Source of the DNA: Hyphochytrium catenoides
Taxonomy: Eukaryota > Protista > Hyphochytriomycota
Direction: 5' to 3'
Length of the DNA stretch: 54,330 nt
Assembly: GCA_900088475.1 (NCBI GenBank)
Contig: FLMG01001776.1
Location: 1-54,330 of the forward strand
Position numbers and translations under genes: made by a program. Positions within the stretch are counted from its first letter, which is position 1. Each line of letters begins with the position of its first letter. Below, one piece after another: positions 12,911-26,350 of this stretch. The notes under the pieces were generated by a model. The model had not been told where the DNA came from. It worked only from the letters and a program-made list of their open reading frames with translations, and searched no databases.

Positions 12911-15013
12911 ATGGCAGCAGCAAGACGTATCAACACTCTCGCGAGGACGCTCGCGTCCAGCCCTCTTACTGGCATGCAGGTCACCTGTCCTTCTCGTTTT
13001 AGCCCTTCTCCACAATATTTACTTTTCTCTTTCGTCTTTCTCTGAGCTGGGACTTCTTCAACCTCTCTGATCCTTGTCCTTCCTGCAGTCCCGCAGCATG
13101 TCCAGCACCGTGAAGGAAATCAAGAAAGTCGGAATGGTCGGACTAGGTCTCATGGGTCATGGCATTGCGCAGACTGCCGCCACTGCAGGCTGTGACGTGG
13201 TGGCTGTGGAGCTGAAGCAGGAGTTCTTGGACAATGGGCGCAAGCGCATTGAAGGCTCCCTTTCTAAGCTACTAAGCAAAGATGTCCAGAAGGGCAAGAT
13301 AGACCAGGTAATGGCTTGGACGCCTCTTTGTCTCAATGATGTTATCTGTAACCCTCAGCAGTATCTTGTTTATCTCTTTCCTCCTTAAGGACGGCTGCTA
13401 CCTGCTGGCATCTTACCTCTATTACATTCTGTGCTTGCCTTTACCTTGCTGCTGTTAGTGTTTTGCCCGCTTCGAGTCCTCTGACCCCCTCCTCCATACC
13501 TCTTGTTGATAGGCTGCAGCAGACAAGAAGTATTCTGATGTCCAGTCGCGGATTCAGTACACTCTGAAGAAGGAAGATCTGCATGATTGTGACCTCGTCA
13601 TTGAGGTAAGTGAGTAGATCTGAAGCGTCAATGGGTGTTGCCGTATTGTTAGAGCATCTGCAGCCATAGACCTCGCTCCCAACCCCATTCTCTCTCTCCC
13701 TCTCTCCGTCTGAACTGTCTCTTTTTGCAAAAATTCCTCATCTTGTGGTCATAGACACTGCCGCCCTTTCTCCTCTCTGGCCTTAGAACCGTGCTTCGAA
13801 TTATTTCCACTATCCATTCTACTCGTTCGCTGTCTTCAATTCTTAGTGAACCACTCTCTTTTAAGCGGTTTCTCCCCTTGGTACCGCTCTGACTACTGGG
13901 TTCGTCTCGCCTCTCGTACATTTGTCATGCTGCTTACTCACCTTCGTGTCTCTGTCTCTGCCTGCATTGACTGTGACTAGGCCATTGTCGAGAACATGGA
14001 CGTGAAGGTTCCTTTCTATAAGGACCTCGGCCGCATCGTGAACTCGGATGGCATATTGGCCTCCAATACCTCCTCATTGTCCATCACCAAGATGGCCCAG
14101 GCTTCTGACAGGCCCTCTCAAGTGGTAAGTCGCTTGTTCATCTTTACCCGATCTAGTCCCTTCTTGACATATATATGCCTTGTGCTAACCTACCTCCTTA
14201 TTCTCTCTTTTTTTTTCCTGTCTCTCTGTCAACGTCAATCTCTTCTCGTGTCTGCGCTCCAGGTTGGTCTGCACTTCTTCAACCCTGTCCAGCTTATGAA
14301 GTTAGTGGAGATCGTGCGCACAGACTACACAGACGAGAAGGTGCTAGAGTCCTGCAAGCAGTGGGTTAAGAAGATTGGCAAGGTTGCCGTCTCTTGTGGA
14401 GATACACCTGGCTTTATTGTTAACAGGTGGCTACTCTTTCTCTCAGCCTCGTACTGGGGTTCCTCGTGTATAGTACTGCCTCTCTGCTTTAACTCTCGCC
14501 TTACTTGGCTTCTACGTCAGGCTTTGTGTTGCTCCGTGCCCAACCAATCGTCCACCCTTGATTGCACCGGTTTCCGCTTATCTTCCCTGTTTCTATCTTC
14601 ATCCCTCTCATTCGTGTATCTTCCTCTCGTCTTCATCAGCCTCATTTTCGGTCTGTTCCTTTTTGCCTTGGAAGGTGACAGATCTTGCTCTGGTCTCGCC
14701 AACTCACGCTGTGTCCTCCTTGTGATAATTATCTTTCAGATTGCTAGTCCCTAACCTAGCGCAAGCTCTGTGGATGCTTGAGAACAACGTGGCCACCAAG
14801 GAAGACATTGATGTCTCTATGCAGCTGGGTGCTGGTCATCCTATGGGCCCCATCACTCTGGCTGACTATGTCGGTCTCGATACCACGCTCTTCATATTAG
14901 AGGGATGGGTCAGGGACTACCCCGACCAGCCAGCGTTCTTTGTGCCCAATATCCTCAGAGAGAAGGTCAGGGTTGCGGTTAGCTCTCTCTTCCTTTCCTC
15001 TGTTGCTCTCTCT

Positions 15014-15046
<33 letters not shown>

Positions 15047-15256
15047 NNNNNNNNNNNNNNNNNNNNNNNNNNNNNNNNNNNNNNNNNNNNNNNNNTGGCA
15101 TCACGTGTCCCGGGCCATTGCGGTGCAGGGAGTCCGATCCAACCTCCGTTTAGCCTATTCTAACACTTTGCGTAACTTCTGCAGGTGAAGCAAGGAAAGC
15201 TGGGTAGGAAGAGCGGCGAAGGCTTCTACAAGTGGGAAGGCGATAAGAGAGTCTAA
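12911..15256 (+). CDS. HADH: 3-hydroxyacyl-CoA dehydrogenase (short/medium-chain, HADH-like), ~328 aa with N-terminal presequence
   Basis: Seven phase-compatible exons: 12911-12979, 13089-13307, 13513-13605, 13981-14124, 14263-14426, 14740-14965, 15185-15256. Motifs: Rossmann [81 protein letters not shown]. Stop TAA. Confidence 0.96.
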
Positions 15257-16295
15257 GCATGGGTCTCAACAAGCAAGAGAGAGGACATCCTCAGAGCTGC
15301 CTTCCATAACTCCCTTCTCCATCTCTCTTCCTTCTCCTTTCTCTCCATCCCTCTCTCCTCTTTTGAGCTCTTCGGATCACTACCCGACTAAACTAAAATT
15401 GCCATTCTTCTCTCGTTACGCACATCCGTGTCTCTCCTTACATCTTTTTCAGCTCTGCATCATTCCTATAAGATATGCCACAAAGTTCTCGGTGAGAGAG
15501 GGCCTCGTAGTGGTCCCATTGCGAGGCTGCAAGGATAGAGTCGAGGAGAGAGCGACAGCATATAAACGTGAAGAGATGCTTCTGGATGGAAACACATAGA
15601 AAAGAGATACAAAGGAAGAACTAAAGCACGAGATGAGGATCTCTATTCCATGTCGTTGCGCGCAAACGCTCCTCGAAGGTGCTGAGTGGAGCTTGACCCT
15701 GACTGCATCAGCTGACGGCGAGCTGAGAGAGAGAGAGACAGAAGGAGAGAGAGAGAGAGAGAGACTCTATCTCGCTGCTGCTTGGTAAACTCGCTTTCCT
15801 GCCACGTGAGGCTTGCAACGTCTTCACATAACCAAAGATACGCCGTCTTGAATCTTCCCAGGATTTATCTTTTCACCGAATAATCTGAACCATTTGTTTA
15901 CTTTCAGATACTGTCAAGGTATATCTTTCGTATGAAATATGTTTGTTTCGTTTATAGTTTCAACTGAGGGCGTTCCGCTATCTTGGGTCATGATGGGAGA
16001 GAGAGAGGCGGATTAGAGAGAGAGAGGACAAGAGTGAGGGGAAAACGACTAGTGAGGGGGGAGACAGAGCGAGAGAGGGACGAGACAGAGAGCAGGAGGA
16101 AGAGAAATGGAAGAAAGGGTAATTGTAAGCATAGGAAAGAGACAGAGTGACTCAGAAACGGACAGGAGACAGGGGAAGGGAATCTTGCCACTGCACTTTA
16201 TTTATCTCGGCTCAGCTATGCCAAGGGAGGCGGGGCCAGAGAGGAGAGAGGCGTTGAAAGGAAAGAGAGAGAGAGACGAGGAGAGAGAGAGAGAC

Positions 16296-16364
<69 letters not shown>

Positions 16365-16937
16365 AGTAGATAGAGAGAGAGCGTTATATAACAGGAGCGG
16401 AACGGTAAGGTTGCACTTATTTTAGAGCTTTACATCTCCGCAGAAGATCGGCGCCAGGACTGGGCACTGAGGTGCCTCAGGAGAGAAGAGAAGAGTCTGC
16501 CCAAGGCTTTATCTGCAGTTCGAGGTCAAGAGACAGCGGAGTAGCTAAGCACGGTGTAGGTCTCTCTCTCTCTCTCTCGCTTCTCTCTTGCGCCTCACTT
16601 TCTCGCTCTAGCTGTTCTCTCTCTTTCTTCTCTCTCTTTCTCTCTCTCTCACTCATTTTCTCTCTCTCTTTCTCTCTCTTTCTATCCCTTCCAAAGCTTT
16701 CCTGTTGCGTGAGGCTTCTGCAATGTCAGCTGATGATTGCTCTTACATCTGCTCTTAGGGCTGCAGGCTAAGACCTGGCTCCAGTATACAACGATGCCGT
16801 TCTAGTCTACTTTCTTCCAATCTCTCTACTCTTTCTTTCTTCTCTTCGTCTCTCTCTCTCTTCTCCTCTCTCCGTTCCCTGTCTTCTCCTTTTAATCTTG
16901 GTTTCGTCCCTCTCTGTCTCTTGGAGATACCAGAAGG

Positions 16938-17567
16938 ATGGGGCAAGCCCCGTCTCTAAGTGGTGGTTATGGTTAGTGCCTGACACTTCCTCGTGAGGAT
17001 GATAGAGCGTCTTCCTGTCAGACGTCTTTCTCTCCAAACCCATTTCTACCATTCTGAGATGCTCACTTCCCTCTGGTTCTCAGCTTGCAATCTCTCTCCC
17101 TCTCTTTCTGTTCGCTCTCCGTCCCAGGGTCTCTCTCTCGTTCTCTCTTCGTGGCGGCCGTCTGCATAAAGCATTTTCTTCTCTTTGTCCCCAGTCTGAT
17201 CATATTGCGGCAGCCTTATTCTCAGCCTTCCTTTCTCTGATTCTTTCCCTCTCTCTCACACACACACACCTATTATGGTTCCATTCACCTCTCAAGGAGT
17301 TGGCCTGTCAGTTTTCCTGATTGCTCTCTGGCCTTTTCCTCTTTAACACTTCCCACTTCCTCCCCTCTCTCCCCCATTTTCTCTCTCTCTCGCCTTTGCA
17401 CTCCCTCCCTCAGTCAATGACAGAGAGAGCGTGAAGCGGGTTCTCCAATTGGCAAAGGGCGAGCCTGGTCCAACTAAAGCCAGTTTCTTACAGCTCAAAG
17501 AAGTGCAGGAGATACTCAAGGGTGAGGGAGATGTGAAGATAAGAGACATGTCAAGAGATAGAGACGG

Positions 17568-17612
<45 letters not shown>

Positions 17613-20600
17613 TAAAATTAGAAAGAGAGAGAGAAGAAGTTAGCTCCATGACATGCAGTGACGGTAAACAACAGTACGGGAGCATGAAGAAGAATAAGAG
17701 AGAAAGAGATTAGGACGGGTAGAAAACGAATGGAGAAGGAAGCGGAGAGGGAGGCTGCGCTTCTCTCTCGCGCGCGCGTGTCCTTACAGAACTACTTGCA
17801 GATAAAGGAGTTGCTCTCGTGGACACCCAATGCTCCGGGCCAGCACTAGACAGAGAAGAGCTGGCCTGCGTCCTTGTTGGCGCTCTCAGGCAAGAGATCA
17901 AGAAAACACAGAGAGAAAAATGCTTTGAGAGGATTTAAAAGGAACAAAGACAAGTAGAGAGGCACTTGGTCCAAAGAAAGACGGGGAAGAACAGGATATG
18001 TACTGACCGTTTGGTGACGTCGCTTTTCTGCTGTCTAGGGCCAAGACAGAGGAGAAGCTGATCTTCCTTTGCTCGCTGTATGACAATAATTTGTGAGTAC
18101 TTCTTCCGTTCTTCTCTCCCGTTCACTTCGCTTGCTCCTTCGACTCCTAGGAAGGCTGCCTACGAGACCATATCTCTCTCTCTCTCTTTTTTCGAGAAGC
18201 CTACCTCTTTCTTTCCTTCGTTCCTAACCAGCAATCTCTCTTTGGCTTCCGCGTAAAGCCTGCTTTTGTTCTAATTTCCTCTCCTCTCCCCTTTCCTTCT
18301 CACTCTCACGTGGAACTCTTCCTTATTATTCTCCTGTCAAGCCTTGGCAAGCTTGATCAGCCCGCAGGTCTAAGGCTCGCCCGACTGCTTCTAAAGTTTG
18401 GCTCCTCAAGCTCTCTCCCTCCGAACGAAGTCAATACCGCTAAGGAGGTGAGAAGGAGCAACAAAGAAAAAGAAAGAGAGAGAGAGAGAGAGAGAGTGAC
18501 AGAGACATACCACCTTCCCTCTCAGCTCTCTTTAGTACCTTTGTTCCTTCTTTGTCTTCTCCGTCTAAAGCTTTTTCTCTCTCTCTCTCTCTCTCCTGGG
18601 ATTATTCTGCGCCGCCTCTCAACTCAGCAATTGGAAGAATGTGCCAACAGCTGGGTTGGCCTAGAAACGTCTGGTAAAGCCCTCGACGTCTTGATCCTCA
18701 CGATCAATAGGAGAGCCGAGCTCAGGACCGTAATCCTGAAGCTTCTTCCGCCCTCAGAGGGAGACAGCCCAACGGAAGAGCCTCTGGCCAATAGGTATGG
18801 CGCAGACAGAGACATAAGGAGAAAGGAAGAGAGAGAAAAGGAAATGGAGACTGAGGAAAACAGGAGGAAGAGAGACGTAGATTGACATAGGGCGAAACCG
18901 ATCAGTAGATCTCATGGGAGCACGAACAAAAGAGAGAGCTTTCCCTATATTGCCTCTGCTCCGGCTACTATCGTCTGGACTTCTTGCTGTTCTCAATGGC
19001 TTCCTCTCTCTCTTCCTTCACTTAGAATCTCCATCGGCTCAGAGGATTCTGGGAGACTGGATAGAGAGATTCTATCAGGGTAGGAACAGGCACGCACTGT
19101 CTAGCTCCCTCCTCTTTTTGTCGGGCGTTTACTGTTCTCTCTTTCCCATCTCCATATCTCAGCTCCGAACGTGGTCTCTCCTGTAATTGTTAGATTCTTC
19201 CATATTCCCCCGCTTTTCTCAATAATCTAGCTTAACGACCCCGCCGATGCTTGTATTCTCAGTCTCTGATTACTTTGCCTCTTTCTTCTTATGGATGTGT
19301 CTCTCCCTCTAAATTTAAAAGCGGTGCATCGTCTTCTGATGAAGATGAATGGGCCTTTGAGCGGGAGGCACCCGCAAGAGTCTCTGTGGCCTCCGTCCCT
19401 GCCTTTCAGGTGCTTATTAGCCCACTTCTTCTTCACTCTCTTCTATTTGAGGTTATGTATGACTCGGTCTCCTTTGTCGAGATATGAGGCTTGGTATATT
19501 CTTCTCTAGTAGTGGTACTTACCTCGTCCTAGTCCGTAGATGCTCGTCTCTCTTCTATCTGTCTCTCTGGTCTGTGTATTTTCCTGGCTTGTGTGTCTCT
19601 CTGGCATCTGGAACTGTCGTCTTGGCCGACGGACTATGACAGTCAAAGAATTGACCTCTTTTTTGCCGAAACAACTATCACTGTCGTACTATCGTGTCAT
19701 ACAGAGTGGAACCAGTCTTCAGGTGAGGAGCAAAACGGCTCTACAGACATGACTTCAACGCTTACTCTCTTTCTTTCTTTTGCATGTCTTGACTGCGCGT
19801 ATCTGTTCACATCTGGACGTCGTACATAGGGCTTGGAGGATCTCACTGCTTCAGAAAGTAAGAGCCGAAGAATGGAGGCCCGAAGACTGACATTCTGACA
19901 GCACTCTGCTTTCCATCTCTCCTTTTCCCCATCATTGAACCACCTTTATGTGGCAGACTCCTACGCCAACCGCCCTTCATTTATTAGGCAGGCTGTTCTC
20001 TCTCCACGCAGCATGAGGGCAGGAAAGAGCCTGAAAGGAACAGCGAGGCAGATTGGCTCTGGCATTGGAATGGTGGCTAAAGGAGCAGGGACTGGGCTCA
20101 TGAAAGTCAGGTAACATCTTGCTTCGAGTGTGATTCTCCTTTCTTTCCCTTCCACTTCATTTTGTACCTGGAAGCTTGTCTCTTGGCATTTGTTTTCTAT
20201 CGTCTCTCACTGGCTTCTGGCTTATCTTTTAGTAATATCTCAATGGGGCCTGCTAACGTTCCTTTTTCCCTTAACCTTTCGCACCTTCCTCTTGTCAGCG
20301 GTGGCACTGTGAAAGGAGTGGTCATGGTTGGAAAGGCCTCAGTGCATGGAATCAACAAGGTTGGTACGGTTCTTTCTTCAGGGGTCAAGCAGGTCCACAG
20401 GGATCAGACCCCGGAGCTTGCAGATAAATGCGTAGTAGGTGGGTCTTGACATGTCCTTATCTATCCTCCTCCCTGTCTTCCCTAGCATGGTCTCTATCGT
20501 TCACATACAATCTCGTACTTGCTCTCCTTCCGGGCCGTGTAACTCAAAGTGTACATTGTGAGATCATCTCGAGCCATCCTACCNNNNNNNNNNNNNNNNN

Positions 20601-23600
20601 NNNNNNNNNNNNNNNNNNNNNNNNNNNNNNNNNNNNNNNNNNNNNNNNNNNNNNNNNCTCTCTCTCTTTATGTATCTCTCTGTCTCTACCTCAATTGTCT
20701 GAGGCTTCTGGCGCGTCTCACATGCACTTGCACATTAGGCTATCTCAACAAAATGAGCGATGGGAAGTGGCAGAAGAAGGCTTGGCATCAACGTTGGTTC
20801 GTCCTGGATCGTGAGAGCTGTGTACTCTACTATTATAAGAACAAGCCCTTCAAGAAGGGATCAAGGCAGACGCCGTCGGCACCTTCCTCTCCGATCCGAG
20901 GTAACGTCACGGCACCTACATTGATAAAGACATAGACGGCTAGACTGCTAACGTCAAGGGAGAGAAGGATAAAGATGTTCACGTCAAACAAATTCGACAA
21001 TTAGCTATTGGACTTTTGGCGGGGTCCATCTCCGTATATTGTCTTGTTCTCCTTCACATCTCCTGAGAATCGGGGCTGATAGCTTCTTCCTCTTCGCTCG
21101 TTCTTCCAGACCGCACAGGGACGCCAAGTGCAAGATCCAAGGGACCATTTGGCCAACCTGAAGAGAAGCCAGGTTAGAAGAGACAAGAGCCTCTGACTAA
21201 GGGAGCGTGAGAGAAGAAAGTCACATCGTTTGGTGAAGTTCGTTGTTCTCATCTCGCTCGCGCTGGCAATTGTTTCCTTCTAACAGCGAACCAAAGCGGT
21301 ACCATTACTCCTCCCAGTGGAGGAAGTACGAACGATCTTACCTCGCTGAATAGTCCCAATCTCGGAGCAGGAGGGGCGGGAGGAGGAGGAGAGAAGAATA
21401 ATCTTCGCCCTCGAGGGTGGATGGACCTGAACCACAGTTCGGCCTCACTTCTTTTTGAGCAACATGTAAGTGAGATTTTGGGGCTGGTGGTTATTATATA
21501 TATAGAAGTCCTCTCTCTTTCAGTCTCTCCGCCTTCCTCTTAGTATGGTGCATCTCCCTCTCTCTCTCCTTTCTTTTCTCTGGCTCTCTCTCTCTGGCTC
21601 TCTCTCTCTCTCTCTTTCTTTCTCTGGCTCGCTTTCTCTCCCTCTCTGGCTGGCTCTCTCTCTTTCTGGCTCCCTCTCCTCCTCTGCCTCTCTCACTCTC
21701 TCTGGCTCTCTCTCTCATTTCATCTTTTTGTCTAGCTTTCTTCATGTGTGGTGTGGATATCCCTCTTCTGCCCTCGCTAATTAGTGCTCATCATGACCCT
21801 CGAGGCACTTCGAACTGCATCCCTTTTCCTTTCTCTCTCTTCAATAACGCATATCTCTTCCCTCTCCTTGTCGACCCTCTTGCATCCCCATCAATCCCTC
21901 ATTCTGCTATCATCACGTTTGTCTAGTTCGCTGAGGGTGCCCCTACGGACTTCTATTTCCAAGTCACTACGTTAGAGCTAGGAGAAGACGAAAGCAAGAG
22001 GGGGACGCAGCTCAAGGTAAGGACAAGGGGACGGTACAGAGAGAAAGAATGTCTCTCCATGTGTCATAACGTATCTTTGTTGCTTCATTGCCTTCCGCCA
22101 GCTTATTCGTCCCATCCCTAACCTTTCGTTCCTAGCTTTGTGCAGATACAGAGGAGGAGTTTGAGGTCTGGACCCGGGCGATAGCTGATTGTATCAATCG
22201 CAAGCACAGTACGTCATTGCTGCTTATGAATGTTAGGCGTCTGAGCCCTACTTTCATCTATATCTTCCCTTGTCCTCTCTTCCCCGCCGTTGTCTGATCC
22301 GTGTTCTCCTCCATTATCGCTTGTACTTATCGTTGGACTAGTCGTCGTGGACCCTGCCACAGATCCCAGAAGCAGTGTACGAAGCGCTCCTCCTAAGCTA
22401 GCAAGCGAGCCTAGGACGGTATCGCCTCCTATAGTCAAACAAGAGCAGGTGCTCTGTGTATATCTCTCTCCTTCTCTCCGTGGTGTCTTCGTTAACTCAC
22501 TCCCTTTCCCGGTATACATTTAAATTGCCGTTGCAATCGTCTTGACGCAAAGCTGCTCTATCAGTTTGCTGCCGAGCCCCTTCCGCCGTCCTTCAGATAA
22601 CATATGCTGCAACGTTCTCTGTGTCCTTTTGGCTGTATCCCTGCTCCTTGAAGCCCACCACTTCATCCCGCCAGAGGTCTTTGCATCTCTTTGTCAATGG
22701 CTCTTTATCATGGCTGACTCTTCGGCATATGATCGTCTTCCATTTCCTTCCGTTAGCCTCCCATCCCAGTCCGACCGCCTCCTCCGAAGGTTTCCTCGCC
22801 AAAGTCGCCGGGTCATAGGCGTCCCAGAGGCGGAAGCACACAGCCAAAAGCCGAGTGGAAATTCGAGGTGTCCTTTAAGGTAAAGGGAAGAGACAATAGA
22901 ACGGTTCTGCGAAAGTAGGAGTAAGGACAAGCCGGCACGAGAGCCTTGCTAAACGGAAAGACTAGAGCAGCGAAAAGCTACAGCTAAAGGATGGAGCTGC
23001 CGAGTGATTTGTTTGACTAAGTATAATACCTTGTCGTTCTCCCTTTAGATGATCGGCCGTAGCCAATGTCTCCTGCTTCTTCTCTTGGTGAATGTCTTCA
23101 CGCTACTGTGGCTCCTGGAGAAAGGAGGAGGAGTGTTGCGCTCTCTTCTCTATCTCATTGCCGCCAACCTGACCTTCAGATTCTTCTTGGACACACATTA
23201 TATACCAAGTAAGCTTCCTGATCTCTACCCCTCTCTCTTTAGTCTTCACCCTTCTGAAGAGCCTATTCTTTCTCCGCATTGCCTGTCACGGGTCCTGAGG
23301 TTTGACTCTTCTCCTTTCGGTCGCTTTATCTACTTTATTTGACTTAGACAGTCTTTCAGAGTGCCGCAACCGCTTTTTATCCTTCTGTGCCGAGTAATCT
23401 TTTAAACAGGGCTTTCCTTTTGGTGTTAAGCTCAGCTTCCTGTTCTCTTCCCAATGCCAGGGTCAATTGTCCATAGTCCAAGAAGAGGCGGCCAGTCATC
23501 GGCGACCCCTGATGGAGAGGGGCCAGCAGCGGGAGAGGAAGAAAGCGCTAGCGATGACATTCCTGAGCTTAACCTTGGGCGATCTATTCCTCGTGCAACA

Positions 23601-24473
23601 GGCGACTCATCAGAGCTACACGTCTACACCGATGCTGATGCCTCAGTGTTTAACCTTCGGGTTGGCCCTGACTATAGAAGAAACAAGCGAAAGCAGGTAA
23701 AGAGCCTCAAAATTGAACGAGGGAGAGACACTTAGTACAATAGACACAGAATGAAGTTAACGAAGAAGAAATAGATGTGAGAAAGAGAGCACGAGAACAA
23801 GGAGAAACGAGTAACAGCTATCAAACTCACGATCCGCTTGTCTGTTTGCATCTCTCTTTACAACTTCTTTTTGTTCTCTCTTTGCCCGCTTCTTCTCTAG
23901 CCATCTCTTCCGGCTCTCCTTGAGCTTGTCTCAGTGGATATTGTGAAGACAGACTTCAAGCTCCATAGAATATGCGAAAAGATCAATCTGCAGACTCTTC
24001 CTCTCAAGAACAGGGTTCCTGGCGCTCCTCCTCCTCGACTTTTTGTGATCAATGCGCAAGTGCCTAGCTACAAGCCTGCAAATCCTCTTTGGGGAGAGAA
24101 GCAGGAGGATGGCCCGGGCTTCAGCATCATCATGATCTGGGCCTTTCCGCCTGAGATTGAGGCGGTAAGCGATGTGGCCCTTATTCTTTGCCTTAGATGT
24201 ACACCAATGACATCAGAAGGGTCCCTCTTTCACATTATTATATTCTCTCCCGGAATTTCTGTTCATTCTTTTATACCAGTCTCGATCACTTTCTCTTCCT
24301 TTATACCTCTCTCTCTCTCTCCTTGTTTTCACCAATGCTCTGCAATGTTGGGTCCACACAAACCTCTCTCGCTATGTTCTGGGCTACACGATCTTTCGAT
24401 TCATCTTCTGTTGTCTCTCGCTTTCTCTCTCATAACTGTTTTGCGTACCTTTTTTGGTTTGTTCTCTCTCTCC

Positions 24474-24509
<36 letters not shown>

Positions 24510-25315
24510 TTCTTTCTCTGTTTTCGGCTGCGTCTAGGCACTGAAAAATCCTTCAACTCCTGAGCTGCAAATGCTGAAGAAGTTTCTCGAGTCGGACNNN
24601 NNNNNNNNNNNNNNNNNNNNNNNNNNNNNNNNNNNNNNNNNNAGAGGTCAGTCAGTGATGTCTGGAAAGAGAGAGTGTCGAGAGCCTACGATACGAGGAG
24701 GAACCTCTCAGCCATACATTTATAAGTGAAGGGCGTGCAATAGACACCAGGACAGGAGGAAAACATCCGATCGGATTCACACTGTGATAGACGTTCTTAG
24801 CAGAGCATAAGACACCAAGCTTGTCTCGTGTCTCTAACTGCCCATTATGTCTCTTTTAGGTGGATGTGGATATTCACCGCTTCAGCTACGTAGCGAGGAG
24901 CGGAGTCAGCAGTCTAATGGGTAAGTCAGCCAAGAGAGTAGCTCTCTCCTCCTCGTGAGTCACTTGTATCTCTCTCTTTCTTTCAGCTTCTGACTTTCTC
25001 TGGAGGAGTCAGTCCCGCCCTCAATCTTCTTACCTTTGACTGTTCCCCTGCCTTGTCTGGCGCTCTGATTCTCATAGCAATACCTTCCATGTTGGCTCTC
25101 CGTAATCCTTGGTTCTCTTTCTGACTCATCCTCTATACTGATACCTATATATTCTCTCTCTGTACATCCCTGCAGCACGGACGAGTGACATGATTATCGA
25201 CATTTGCATGGTTTTGGAGGGTCAGACCGACGATGAGCTGCCAGAGCGTGCGTTAGGGACCTGCAGGTTCTTTAAGATTGATATGAGTAAGGCGAAAGAT
25301 ATCTCTGCACTTTGA
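16938..25315 (+). CDS. Multidomain protein: putative N-myristoylation site, degenerate EF-hand region, PH domain, hydrophobic hairpin and C-terminal EDR2-C/DUF1336 domain
   Basis: Exon 1 16938-16971 (MGQAPSLSGGY) joins 17414 in phase. RAKTEEKLIFLCSLYDNNFLGKLD is NCS/calcineurin-B-like. PH domain: GYLNKMSDGKWQKKAWHQRWFVLDRESCVLYYYK...PRGWMDL...FYFQV...LCADTEEEFEVWTRAI. Hydrophobic segment at ~23049-23200. DUF1336 motifs: FNLRVGPDYRRNKRKQPSLPALLELVSVD, FVINAQVPSY..DGPGFSI, VDVDIHRFSYVAR, DICMVLEGQTDDELPERALGTCRF. Stop TGA at 25313-25315. Gaps at ~20584-20657 and ~24598-24642 hide parts of the gene, so a single-gene model is likely but unproven. Confidence 0.8.
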
Positions 25316-26072
25316 GTGGGTCCCCGAAGCATGGACACAGCGCTCAGGTTAAGAGGGTTGGTGAATAAAAAGACGTAAAGACACTTCTGCTTCTTGTTGA
25401 TACATGAGTAAGGACAAGGGATCAATCCGATGGGAGGGGAGGAAGAGACAGTGGTGGCGCGCTGAAGTGAGGACATTTACTCATTTGCTGCAGCAAGACG
25501 CGAGAGGGTGGAGTGCTATAGAAGGACCACGAGACGAGACCATAGCTGAGCTGCTGCACACAGTACCACGATAGGGGCACACAAAGTTGCCTTCTCAACG
25601 CTAACATAAAAAGACCCACCAAGCCAGAGTAGAGCGATAAGACTGTGTGTGCACTGTTCGGGCAGCAAGTAACAAAAGGAGCCTGAGAGAGAGAGGGGAG
25701 ATACTAACTCATAGACGCCAAGCGGATCGAAAGAAACAATAGCACAATAGCCAGGCATGTGGGAATGAAATCCTCTTTACTGATCTTATGCAATACATAG
25801 TGCTAGCTATCTGGTCACATTGGAAGAAGAAAGCCATAAAAAGAATAGAAAGACAGCGAAAGGCAAATGCAGAGAGAGGCTTCAAAGAGCCAGTAGATCT
25901 TGCACTTCTGCAGAGCTCGCTTCTAGGCATTTTCCAGATGGGCTGGCGCACCTGCAGCAACAGACAGAGACAAGGTTATTAGTGCAATGTGACGGATGAT
26001 GTGAAGGAGGGAAGAAGTGTAGGGAAAGAGCCTATAGGGTTCAACTCAGAATAGTGAGGATTTCTCTTCACA

Positions 26073-26350
26073 GCAAGGGTCTAGCCCTTGAGTCTCAGAA
26101 ACTCTAGTCCGATTGTAATTCTTCATAGTCGGTGGCTCCAGTAAGAGAGAGAGAGGAGAAATAGACGAGGGAGGCAAAGAAGAAAGGAGGAAGCAGCTAG
26201 GGAGATGAAGCTTGAGAGTGCGAAGGAGCCAGGAGATGACGGATCTCAGACAGCCAAGGGAAGTGTTCGTCAACGCGAGGGCTATCAACCCCTCGATTTC
26301 AGAAACTCTAGTCCGAAAAATTGGAGTCATCATCGACAGTCCTGGCTCCT
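26073..26350. repeat. Two imperfect ~75-bp direct repeats sharing the core TCAGAAACTCTAGTCCGA...TGGCTCC, about 200 bp apart
   Basis: Copies at ~26073-26139 and ~26276-26348. On the - strand they translate as TRVSETQGL and TRVSEIEGL. Confidence 0.75.

Noticed and set aside
25491-25562. + strand peptide QDARGWSAIEGPRDETIAELLH resembling an ankyrin repeat
   Set aside because: Single short match downstream of the DUF1336 gene stop, with no flanking repeats or supporting exons.
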